Source: Candidatus Multivoradales bacterium (lineage in GTDB: Bacteria > Acidobacteriota > Thermoanaerobaculia > Multivoradales > J023). Taken from it: DNA of 64,000 nucleotides. Below, one piece after another: positions 40,205 to 48,839 of the stretch. The position numbers and the translations under genes are program-made. The notes beneath the pieces were generated by a model. The model had not been told where the DNA came from, ran no database searches, and was given only the letters and a program-made list of their open reading frames with translations. Every line of letters begins with the position of its first letter. Position 1 is the stretch's first letter. The DNA lies in NCBI GenBank assembly GCA_965248925.1, contig CBDFLE010000005.1, forward strand, positions 512,001 to 576,000. The letters run 5' to 3'.

Positions 40205-41122
40205 TCAGGCCCTTGCAGCGCCGAAGAAGCGGTAGCCGAGGCATTTGTAGATTAGCTTGGCGGCCATGAAATCGCTCGCAGGCTGGCCGATATGTGGAGC
40301 TAGTTCGACCACGTCCATGGCGACCACTTCCTTCTGCTCGAAGACTCGCCGCAGCAGTCTCAAAGTCGGGTACCAACCGCCGCCTCCGGGTTCAGGAGTA
40401 CCGGTCGACGGTAGGATCGATGGATCGAAGTAGTCGAGGTCGAAGGTCAAATAGAGGTGAGGCGGTAGCCGCTCTAGGACTTCGTCGATCAACTCGTCCG
40501 CCCGCCGCAACTCACTGCCCCAGATCACCGGCAGATTTCGCTCTTCGATCAACTTCGCTTCCGCCGCCGACAGCGAGCGCACGCCGATTGCTGCCGTCGA
40601 TAGCTGGAGATCGAGCAAGCGGCGCATAACACAGGCGTGGCTGTGCGGGCTGCCCGCATAGGTTTGCCGCAGGTCGGCATGGGCGTCAAATTGCAGTACG
40701 CCGATCCCCGGCTCCTGGGCCAAGGCGGCGCGTACGGTTGCCAAGGTCAAGCTGTGTTCGCCGCCGAGAGTCAGCAGCCACTTGCCGGCCTGCAAGTGGG
40801 ACTTGGCGGCAGCCTCTATTTCTGCGATGGCATCAGCCATGCGGGCGGCCGCGGGGGCCAGCAGTGGCAAGGTGTGGATACCAGCCTTGACCGGTTCGAG
40901 GCCCAGTTCCTGATCCCACAGCTCAACCTGAGAAGAGGCCGCGAGAATTGCTGCCGGGCCCGCAGCGGTGCCTCGTCCATAGGAGGTGGTGCGCTCGAAT
41001 GCAAGCGGTAGAAGCACCGCCCGAGCCTCCTGGTAGGAACACTGTGGAGCATCGTCACCGAGGAATACTGGCGCCCCGGCATCCTCGGCGGCCGGTTCGA
41101 CAGTAGGAGGTGAGGAGGGCAT
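40205..41122 (-). CDS. speB: Agmatinase
   Basis: GGEHSLT, FDAHADLR, FDLDYFDPS..TGTPEPGG, DVVELAP. Confidence 0.9.
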   Translation of the reverse strand: MPSSPPTVEPAAEDAGAPVFLGDDAPQCSYQEARAVLLPLAFERTTSYGRGTAAGPAAILAASSQVELWDQELGLEPVKAGIHTLPLLAPAAARMADAIAEIEAAAKSHLQAGKWLLTLGGEHSLTLATVRAALAQEPGIGVLQFDAHADLRQTYAGSPHSHACVMRRLLDLQLSTAAIGVRSLSAAEAKLIEERNLPVIWGSELRRADELIDEVLERLPPHLYLTFDLDYFDPSILPSTGTPEPGGGGWYPTLRLLRRVFEQKEVVAMDVVELAPHIGQPASDFMAAKLIYKCLGYRFFGAARA

Positions 41123-41221
41123 TTGGCGGCAGGCTAACAGATTGACGGAGCGCTTTACGTCTCTACCGAGCAGAGCCCGGTCCAGGGAGGCCGGGCTGCC
41201 ATCTAATTTGGAGACGGAACG

Positions 41222-41944
41222 ATGAGATCGATCGAGACACCCTCCGAGGAGCTGCCGGGCGGCTGGCTGAAAACGATGAAGTCCATTCCTGCCGAGGACC
41301 GGCCGCGGGAACGTCTTCTGCGCTGCGGTTCGGCGGCGTTGTCGGATTCCGAACTGTTGGCAGTGTTGCTTCGTACCGGCAGAAAGGGCCGTTCGGCGGT
41401 AGCGATGGCCCGCGATCTGTTGGCCGAACATGGCGGGTTGAGTGGCCTGCTGAACGCCAGTCCGGCTGGCCTGAGGCGCCCTGGTTTGGCGGCTGCCAAA
41501 GCCGCTACTCTGCTGGCGGCGGTGGAGGTCGGTCGCCGTCTTGCCCGAGCCCAAGTCGACCGCCGCCGACTGCTCGATCAACCCAGCGTGGTCGCCGCGT
41601 ACTTGGCATTGCGCTATTGCGCTCCCGACCAAGAGGTGATGGGAGCCCTCTTTCTCGATGTCCGCCATCGACTGATCGCCGAATCTGATATTTTTCGCGG
41701 CACCCTGCGCCGCGCCGCTGTCGAGCCGCGGGCGATTCTCAAAGAAGCTCTGTTGACTTCGGCTTCGGGTTTGATCCTCTTCCACACTCATCCCAGCGGC
41801 GACCCCTCACCAAGCGCCGAGGATCTACTCTTCACCCGGCGAATGGCCAAGGCCGGCGAGGTCTTGGGAGTCGTCCTTGTGGATCATCTAATTCTTGGTG
41901 GCAGTGGGCGCTGGGTCTCCCTGCAACGGCGCGGGGCGTGGTAA
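41222..41944 (+). CDS. radC: RadC/UPF0758 JAB-domain protein
   Basis: DRPRERLL..LSDSELLAVLL; HTHPSGDPSPS; LVDHLI. Confidence 0.93.
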   Translation: MRSIETPSEELPGGWLKTMKSIPAEDRPRERLLRCGSAALSDSELLAVLLRTGRKGRSAVAMARDLLAEHGGLSGLLNASPAGLRRPGLAAAKAATLLAAVEVGRRLARAQVDRRRLLDQPSVVAAYLALRYCAPDQEVMGALFLDVRHRLIAESDIFRGTLRRAAVEPRAILKEALLTSASGLILFHTHPSGDPSPSAEDLLFTRRMAKAGEVLGVVLVDHLILGGSGRWVSLQRRGAW

Positions 41945-42004
41945 ATTGTTGCGCCGTTGGCATCTTTGGCCAGCGCTCCAATCTATTTTCCGAGGCCCCA
42001 GACG

Positions 42005-42916
42005 ATGCCCGAGATGACCCTAGATGCCGCGCTGAGTCAGACCCCAGACCTATTGCGCATGGGTTTGGCCGGCGACGGGTTTCTGCGCTGGGCGGCAGTC
42101 GATCTCACCGCCACGGTGGAGGCCGCTCGGCAGCGACACGATTTATCGCCGGTCGCCGCGGTGGCGCTGGGCCAGGCCCTGTCGGCGACGACATTGCTAC
42201 TGCGTTTCTCGATGAAGACGCCCAGCACCCTGATGCTAGAGCTGATCGGCGACGGTCCGCTGGGCAAGGTGACAGCAGAAGCCGAAAGCGACGGACGGCT
42301 GCGCGGTCGCGTCGATCAGCCGCAAACCGCGAGTCCCGATGAGGGCTTGGCAGCGATCGGCACGGCGGTAGGGCGCGGTATTTTGCGGGTCACTCGGCAA
42401 CACGGCAAGGGCCGTCACACCAGTCATGTCGCGCTCGAAACCGGCAGCTTGAGCCTCGATTTGGCGCACTACCTTGAGCAGAGCGAGCAGATCCACTCGG
42501 CGGTGATGCTGGGGGTCCTGCCGCGACCGGCCGGGGTGGGTGCTGCCGGCGGTTTGATTGTCGAAGCCCTGCCAGGTGCCGAAGACGAGCACCTCAAACA
42601 GCTGGAGAGCAATCTCGCCACCCTCGGCAGCGTTGCTGGCTTACTTGCCAGGGGCGGGGTGGGCGAACTGGTGCGAGGCGCCTTGGCTGGTTTCGACCGC
42701 GAAGTGCACTCCGAGCAGCCGCAGGTTTGGAGCTGTCGCTGCCGCCGGCAAGCTTTGCTGGAAAAGCTGATCGGCCTAGCCGCCGACGACTTCGAAAGTC
42801 TGTTTGCGGAGAGCCCGGGATGCCTGGCGGTCTGCGCCTTCTGCAACCAGCAGTATGACTTCGACCGCGACGAACTCGTAGCGGCGCGCGCCGCCACTGA
42901 GCCGGCAGATGCCTGA
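42005..42916 (+). CDS. hslO: Hsp33 redox chaperone
   Basis: GDGPLG, YLEQSEQIHS, AGGLIVEALPG, CRC...CAFC zinc motif. Confidence 0.9.
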   Translation: MPEMTLDAALSQTPDLLRMGLAGDGFLRWAAVDLTATVEAARQRHDLSPVAAVALGQALSATTLLLRFSMKTPSTLMLELIGDGPLGKVTAEAESDGRLRGRVDQPQTASPDEGLAAIGTAVGRGILRVTRQHGKGRHTSHVALETGSLSLDLAHYLEQSEQIHSAVMLGVLPRPAGVGAAGGLIVEALPGAEDEHLKQLESNLATLGSVAGLLARGGVGELVRGALAGFDREVHSEQPQVWSCRCRRQALLEKLIGLAADDFESLFAESPGCLAVCAFCNQQYDFDRDELVAARAATEPADA

Positions 42917-42979
42917 GGAGGGCGAGAGCCGGCGAAACTCCATTGAATGTGCCGACCACAAGGTTGGCGAGGAGCCCTG

Positions 42980-43303
42980 ATGATCGAGATTGATAAGTTC
43001 TTTGAGATCCAGCTGCGGGTGGCTACGGTGTTAGAGGCTGAAGCTATCCCCAAGTCCACCAAGCTGCTCCGGCTGAGCCTAGAGATCGGCGAAGAGGAGC
43101 CACGGACCGTGGTAGCGGGTATTGCCAAGAACTTTGAACCCGAGTCCTTGATCGGCCGGCAAGTGGTGATCGTCGCCAACTTGCAGCCTGCCAAGCTGAT
43201 GGGAGTGGAGTCCAACGGCATGATCTTGGCAGCCACCGACGACTCCGGACCGGCCTTGCTGATTCCTGACCGCCCAGTGCCCAATGGCACCCGAGTCGGC
43301 TGA
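42980..43303 (+). CDS. Stand-alone tRNA-binding OB domain (MetRS C-terminal/Trbp111/CsaA-like)
   Basis: RTVVAGIA, VIVANLQPAKLMGVESNGMILAA. Confidence 0.88.
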   Translation: MIEIDKFFEIQLRVATVLEAEAIPKSTKLLRLSLEIGEEEPRTVVAGIAKNFEPESLIGRQVVIVANLQPAKLMGVESNGMILAATDDSGPALLIPDRPVPNGTRVG

Positions 43304-43313
43304 GCCTTCGCTG

Positions 43314-44129
43314 ATGTTACAGCCCGGCCCCATCGATTCTCACTGCCACGTCAATCTTCTCAACGATCCCGACGCTGCTCTTGAGCGGGCTCGCGAGTGC
43401 GGAATCAGCGGCTTCTTGGTGCCGGCGATCAAACTGGCCGATGCCGAGCCGCTGCTCGAACTCTGCTCACGCCACGACGATGTCTGGTGCGCCCTTGGAG
43501 TGCACCCGCACGAGGCCTCGACCTGGCAAGATGGCGACGACCGGCGCTTGGCTGACTTGCTTAGCGAACCCAAGGCGGTAGCGGTGGGGGAGTGCGGTCT
43601 CGATTTTCATTACGACCTGTCGCCCCGCGAAGAGCAGTTCCGTGCCGTCCGCGAGCAATGGCAATTGGCCATCGACCTGGATCTGCCGGTGGTGGTCCAC
43701 AATCGCGATTCCAACCAGGAGATGCTAGAGCTAGTGGCGCGACCAGAGTTCGCTGACCTGCGAGCAGATTTTCACTCCTTCGCTGGCGGTTTGGAGATGG
43801 CGCGTGGCCTTCTAGGTCGCGGCTTCTATCTGGGCATGACCGGGATGATTACCTTCCCCAAGGCCGATAACGTGCGCGAGGTGCTACCAGAAACTCCCCA
43901 CGACCGCCTTTTGGTCGAGACCGACACCCCCTACTTGGCACCGGTACCGCACCGTGGCAAACGCAACCAGCCAGCTTTTGTGGTTGCGGTGCTCGAAAGA
44001 CTGGCTGAGGAACTTGGTTTGAGCATTGCTCAGGCGGTGCGCCAGACCAATGAGAACTTCTTTCGCTTGTTCTCGCGAACTCGTCTTGGTGCAGCTGAGC
44101 CCATCGGAGGCTTTCCCACCGCGGTCTGA
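43314..44129 (+). CDS. tatD: TatD-family hydrolase
   Basis: IDSHCH, GVHPH, GECGLDF, HNRDS, ETDTPYLAP. Confidence 0.92.
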   Translation: MLQPGPIDSHCHVNLLNDPDAALERARECGISGFLVPAIKLADAEPLLELCSRHDDVWCALGVHPHEASTWQDGDDRRLADLLSEPKAVAVGECGLDFHYDLSPREEQFRAVREQWQLAIDLDLPVVVHNRDSNQEMLELVARPEFADLRADFHSFAGGLEMARGLLGRGFYLGMTGMITFPKADNVREVLPETPHDRLLVETDTPYLAPVPHRGKRNQPAFVVAVLERLAEELGLSIAQAVRQTNENFFRLFSRTRLGAAEPIGGFPTAV

Positions 44130-44204
44130 GAACGGGTTGGAGTAGATCTTGCTCTCACTCTAGCCTGCTCCTAGGCGGTGGTCACCCTGCCTCGGTCGCT
44201 TGGC

Positions 44205-44237
44205 GTCATCCTACGTTCATCTGCCATCAAATACTCT
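44205..44237 (+). promoter_or_regulatory. Pho-box-like promoter, copy A
   Basis: GTCAT-cctacg-TTCAT-ctgccatcaaa-TACTCT upstream of the REC-TM gene. Confidence 0.6.
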
Positions 44238-44274
44238 TGCCACCGTTCAAGGAGTACGCAGTTACCGAGGAACC

Positions 44275-45117
44275 ATGGTGAACGTCGAGCAACCAAAAAA
44301 CGACTCCCCAACGACGCCAAGTCTGCTGTTGGTGGATGACAACCACGACCTGCGACGAGCCACGGCTGAGCTGCTGCGAGCGAAGGGCTGGGAGGTGGTC
44401 GAAGCTGGATCGGCGGAACAAGCTCTGGAGTTAGCCGCTCACCGATCGTTCGCAGTCCTGGTCAGTGATGTCTCGATGCCCGGCATGGACGGTCCCGAGC
44501 TGGTGACTCGTCTACGCCGGCAGCTTCCCGGCCTACGTTGTCTGCTGGTCTCTTCCGCGGAGGGGCGGGCGGATGTAGAGCGCTTGGTGACCCGGCGGGA
44601 GGTGCTATTTCTCGCCAAGCCTTTCTCGGAAGCTCAGCTTTCCCGTTCCCTCCGGCAGCTTCCCTCTGCATCTCCTAAGATTCAATCACGGCGCTATCTG
44701 GCGTTGGCCGCGGTCGCTTTAGTAGCTGCATCCTTGGTCGGCTGGTGGCTACAAATGAGGCCTCCGCCGCTACCCCCGGCAGCTGCTTCCGGGGTGGTTC
44801 GCGGCTCGACTCTTGAGCCAATTCGGCCTCTTGGGGAGCAGATTCAGCCGCCTGACGATCTCGCTTGGCGTGAAGTTGATCTAGCTGCAAGTTACCGTGT
44901 GAGCTTGCGCGAGGTTGACGAGAATCTACTGTGGCAGACGAAAGTAGAGGGTTCGCCTACCGACGTGCCGGCCAAGTTGCGACAAGCGTTGCAACCCGGG
45001 GTTGTTTATTTCTGGCAAGTGGAAGCTCTGGACACGACCGGCGCTCGACTGGCATGGTCCAGTCCGGTGCAATTCCGGATGATCGCGGAGCTGGCCGCAA
45101 TACAAGGTGTTGAGTAG
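44275..45117 (+). CDS. Receiver domain-TM-extracytoplasmic beta-sandwich protein
   Basis: LLVDD, SDVSMPGMDG, FLAKPF; TM YLALAAVALVAASLVGWWL; then VVRGS..LAWREV..YRVSL..YFWQVEAL. Confidence 0.82.
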   Translation: MVNVEQPKNDSPTTPSLLLVDDNHDLRRATAELLRAKGWEVVEAGSAEQALELAAHRSFAVLVSDVSMPGMDGPELVTRLRRQLPGLRCLLVSSAEGRADVERLVTRREVLFLAKPFSEAQLSRSLRQLPSASPKIQSRRYLALAAVALVAASLVGWWLQMRPPPLPPAAASGVVRGSTLEPIRPLGEQIQPPDDLAWREVDLAASYRVSLREVDENLLWQTKVEGSPTDVPAKLRQALQPGVVYFWQVEALDTTGARLAWSSPVQFRMIAELAAIQGVE

Positions 45118-45144
45118 CGAGGCTTAGGAATTGGAGGACTTGAG

Positions 45145-46182
45145 ATGCTTGAGAGCTACCCTGCAAAGTTGATTCGACGGACTCTGGTGGTCGAGACGAT
45201 GGTCTTCTGCTGGGCCTCGGTGGCCTTCTGCCGGCCAGATCTCACCCTGCGGGTGAATGATACTTCGGTAGACGCCGGTGGTCGGGTGGCGATCGTCTTG
45301 CGCACCTATGCTTCACGGCCAATCGGCCAAGGCCAGCTGTGTTTTCGTAATGCCTTCGTGGCCAACGGTCCCGACCAGCTGCTGGGCAAAGGAATAGGTT
45401 CTCCTTTCGTGGCGCTCGACAGTTTCGTCATCTTCAGTGAGATGGGAGACGTTGTGGCCGAGGCTTCTTTTGACCCGATTACCCAGTTGGTACTGGTTGA
45501 TTTCTCCTCGGTTTCCGCAACTGTCAACAGTGCCGATGGGCCTCTTGGAGTACTCTACTTTCAAGTCGATGGAGGGTTGGTTCCGGACACCGTTTTCAAT
45601 GTGGAGATAGACCCCGACGCCTCTTTCCTGGTTGACGAAGCTGGATTGCCGGTGATCATCAGGCCGCGGTCCGGGGAAATGGATATCCGACCGCTCGGCG
45701 CACCTTACTTGTTGGAAACCGGCGCTGCCGAGGTAGTTCCGGGAGCAGTCGCTTTGCTGAGCGTCGAGACCTCAGAGCTGTTCCCCATTGCAGGCGGCCA
45801 GATCGGCCTCCGCTATCCGGCAGAGATCGCTGGTGGGCCGCCGACGGTCAGTGTCGACCCACGCTACGGCCTGGTCATGGTCGAGACTTCGAGGGCTGAA
45901 CCTGGCCTGCTAGTGATCAATCTTAACTCTCCCGACAGTTCCTACAACGAGGTGCCTGGAGAGATCTTGACCATCGCGCTGCCGATCCGTGGCGATGCTC
46001 CTTTAGGCAATGTCTATCCTCTGACCCTCGATCCGGACTCCACCTTCCTCAGCGGACCGGCAGGAGCACCGATCAGCTTGCAGCTGATGGGCTCAACGGT
46101 CAAAGTGACCGGCCCGCCGGCGCTCTTCACGGATGGTTTTGAAGGTGGCGACTTTGCTGCCTGGTCGGCAGTGCAGCCCTGA
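45145..46182 (+). CDS. Secreted protein with two cohesin-like repeats and C-terminal DGFE motif
   Basis: Internal repeat (..RPIGQGQ..DPDASFL / ..FPIAGGQ..DPDSTFL); ends LFTDGFEGGDFAAWSAVQP; GGAGG Shine-Dalgarno. Confidence 0.7.
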   Translation: MLESYPAKLIRRTLVVETMVFCWASVAFCRPDLTLRVNDTSVDAGGRVAIVLRTYASRPIGQGQLCFRNAFVANGPDQLLGKGIGSPFVALDSFVIFSEMGDVVAEASFDPITQLVLVDFSSVSATVNSADGPLGVLYFQVDGGLVPDTVFNVEIDPDASFLVDEAGLPVIIRPRSGEMDIRPLGAPYLLETGAAEVVPGAVALLSVETSELFPIAGGQIGLRYPAEIAGGPPTVSVDPRYGLVMVETSRAEPGLLVINLNSPDSSYNEVPGEILTIALPIRGDAPLGNVYPLTLDPDSTFLSGPAGAPISLQLMGSTVKVTGPPALFTDGFEGGDFAAWSAVQP

Positions 46183-46205
46183 CGCGTAGTTCTTGGCGGC
46201 TATGC

Positions 46206-48779
46206 TCAGCCCTTCCGCGGGCGCAGCCACCAGGCGGTGATCGGCAGCAATAGGGCGGCAGCGACCAGCAGCCAGGTCCAGCCCCGCTGGCGCTCGATCA
46301 AGGGGCCAACATCTCCCACCAGCACGTAGGCCGCCCACACTGAGGGGCGGTCCCAATCTGGATCCGAATGCAGGCGTAGCTTGGCTTGGCGAAGCGCATC
46401 CGCGGGTGCCAGGCCGCGGCCGAGGAAGTGATAGAGCTGCTCCATGAACACCGCTGAGCTTTGGTCGTCGACATCCCACAGGGTGGCGATCACGGCTGCC
46501 GATCCTGCTGCCAGGAAGGCGCCGGCGAGGGAGGAGAGGGCTCGGCCTTGGTCGTCGGCAAGGGCTGTTCGGCAGGCCGATAACACGGTCAAGCCAACCG
46601 CCATCTCGAGTCTGGCAATCTCGCGTGGGTAGAGTAGGCCGTCGTTGGCCGAGTCGCTGCCGAGGACGATCGCAGCGCTGCCGCCGGGGCGTTCGTCAAG
46701 CACCGCGTGGCTGGCCAAGTGGAGGATACGTGCCGGCGCAGCGACGGCAGCGCGGAAATACTCCTCGGTCGCGTGCGCGCCAACAGCTAACTCGCTTTCC
46801 CCTGGCCACTGCTCGGCGATGCGTAGCAGCTCGCCCGTTGCTGCTGGTAATGGGGAGAGATGAAAACGCTCGATCAGCAACTCGCGTGGCGTGCCTGGTT
46901 GCTCTGGCAAGTACTCCAATCGGGGATCGGCCAAACCTACCAGGCGGTCGCTGGTTGGGGGTTGCCGGCGACCTAGGGCGGAGGCGCTTGGCAGGTAGCT
47001 GACCACCAGGTGATCGATCAATCGCTGGTCGCCGTGGTCGCCGGTAGGCAGCAGCTCAAAAGGCAGGTAGTGGAGCACTCCGTCGGGGGCAATCTGCAGC
47101 GTGCCCGAAGCCTGGTCAAGGGTAGCCAACGGCGTCAGCAGGATTCTCGATAGCTCGGCTAGAGCCTCCTGCGGCAGCTGCTTGCCAGCTGCCAGGGCGC
47201 GATGAACTTCGCTCACCAGCGTATTGACGGTGGCCGGCGGGCCGAGATCATGGAGTTCGATACGGCCTTCACCGATCTGCCACAGCAGCAGGCTAGAGTC
47301 GGTCAAATAGAGTTCCAAAATGCGGTTGGCAGCAGCCAGCTCGAGCAGCTCGGCGGCGCTTCGCGGAGTTTGGGGCAGATTCCCCGGCGGCTTATCGGCG
47401 GCCTTAGTGAGGTGAGCCAGGGTCTCGATCAGTTCCCTTGCCTTCGCCTGCTGGACAATCTCCAGCGCATGCTCGGCATGGCCAAGGCCGGGTTGCTGGT
47501 GGTCGAGCCGGGCCAGCACCTCAATGGCGGCGCTGTAGACCACTCGCTGGTCGGCAAGAAAAGTCCACCGCAGGTCGTCTTGATCCAGTCTGTCGGCGCC
47601 CAACTTGCTTTGCTGCTGCTCGACCCCGGCGACTGCGCGCAGTAAATGCGGCAATGCCAATCCCAACTTACCGCGGGCCGCCTGCACTAGGCCAAGGCCG
47701 TTTTCGGCTTGCCAGTGGGCGATGGTTGAGGAGTCTTTGGCGGCGGCGAACTGCTGCTGAAACATCTGCTCCGCCTGGTCAAACTGGCCGCGGTCGAGGT
47801 GCAGGCGGCCGAGTTGCCCGAGGCTGCGCAGTTCTTCGGCTTTGGCGCCGCCCTGCCGCGCCGCCTTCAGAGCGCTGCTCAAGGCAAGCTCAGCGTCGTC
47901 CAACCGCGCCAGGTTGAGGTGATAGGCCAGCCCCAGGTTGAGCAGCGCATTGGCTCGACCGCTACCGTCGCCGAGTTGCTGAAAAAGCTCGGCAGCGGCA
48001 GCGAAGGCTGCCACTGCTCGTTGCGGATCGCCGAGATTGCGATAGACCACGCCCAGGTTGACCCGCAGATTGGCGCGGCGGTGGGGCGGCACCCTTGGGT
48101 CGTCGGCGACCGCTCGGCGATACTGCTCGAGCGCCGGTCGGTAGGCACCGGCGAGCTCCAACGCCACCCCCTGGTTGACCCTCGAGATCCAGGCTTGCTC
48201 GGCGGCCCAAGGCTGTTCGGCATGCTGGTCGGCCAGTTGCTCAGCCAGCCGATGGTGGACCAGAGCATCGGTGTAGCGGCCGGCTTCGGTCTCCAATGCC
48301 CCGAGATTGGCCAGGTTGACCACCTCTTGGCCGAGATTGCCTAGCTGGCGGTTGATATTTAATGCCTCGTTGAAGGCTTGACGGCTAGCGGCGAAGTTAC
48401 CCAAGTAACGCTCGCTGAGGCCGAGGTTGTTCAGCACTCGGGCCAGACGGCGGTGATCGCCGAGCTGGCGCCGCAGAGCGAGGGCCTGGCGGCATTCAGC
48501 GACGGCCCGGTGATGGTCGCCGAGGTCGTTGAATACCACGCAGGCGTTGTTCAAGGCCCGAGCGCGCAACTCGGGGTCGGCGCCGGGCTGGCTTGCGGCC
48601 GCGTGGAAGGCCTCGGCAGCCTGCCGCCAGAGTCCTTCGCCATAGAGTCGCCGCGCTGCCTCCAAGTCCTGGGCGGTGAGGGTGGCGGCCAGCAGCCAGC
48701 CGCCGAAAACGAGCAGCCACCAAAGTCGTTGGCGAGGATGGTGTTGGGTCTTCTTACCGCAGGATTTAAGCCGGTACAT
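46206..48779 (-). CDS. Exported TPR-CHAT (caspase HetF-like) protease with C-terminal membrane anchor
   Basis: Signal peptide, TPRs, IAPDGVLHYLPFE, ILHLASHA (His), VLSACRT (Cys), LWDVDD, WAAYVLVG, C-terminal TM followed by RPRKG. Confidence 0.9.
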   Translation of the reverse strand: MYRLKSCGKKTQHHPRQRLWWLLVFGGWLLAATLTAQDLEAARRLYGEGLWRQAAEAFHAAASQPGADPELRARALNNACVVFNDLGDHHRAVAECRQALALRRQLGDHRRLARVLNNLGLSERYLGNFAASRQAFNEALNINRQLGNLGQEVVNLANLGALETEAGRYTDALVHHRLAEQLADQHAEQPWAAEQAWISRVNQGVALELAGAYRPALEQYRRAVADDPRVPPHRRANLRVNLGVVYRNLGDPQRAVAAFAAAAELFQQLGDGSGRANALLNLGLAYHLNLARLDDAELALSSALKAARQGGAKAEELRSLGQLGRLHLDRGQFDQAEQMFQQQFAAAKDSSTIAHWQAENGLGLVQAARGKLGLALPHLLRAVAGVEQQQSKLGADRLDQDDLRWTFLADQRVVYSAAIEVLARLDHQQPGLGHAEHALEIVQQAKARELIETLAHLTKAADKPPGNLPQTPRSAAELLELAAANRILELYLTDSSLLLWQIGEGRIELHDLGPPATVNTLVSEVHRALAAGKQLPQEALAELSRILLTPLATLDQASGTLQIAPDGVLHYLPFELLPTGDHGDQRLIDHLVVSYLPSASALGRRQPPTSDRLVGLADPRLEYLPEQPGTPRELLIERFHLSPLPAATGELLRIAEQWPGESELAVGAHATEEYFRAAVAAPARILHLASHAVLDERPGGSAAIVLGSDSANDGLLYPREIARLEMAVGLTVLSACRTALADDQGRALSSLAGAFLAAGSAAVIATLWDVDDQSSAVFMEQLYHFLGRGLAPADALRQAKLRLHSDPDWDRPSVWAAYVLVGDVGPLIERQRGWTWLLVAAALLLPITAWWLRPRKG

Positions 48780-48839
48780 CTGCAGATCGTACCCTACTCG
48801 GGGCGCCGCCCGGTGGGCGGCGGAGGCGACCATCGGGGG

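Noticed and set aside
41222-41944. radC as a marker of a mobile or defence element
   Set aside because: Full-length chromosomal-type RadC among housekeeping genes; no integrase or att sites seen.
46206-48779. CRISPR-associated TPR-CHAT (Craspase) or gasdermin-type defence
   Set aside because: No cas genes, array or gasdermin nearby; the protease has a signal peptide and a membrane anchor.
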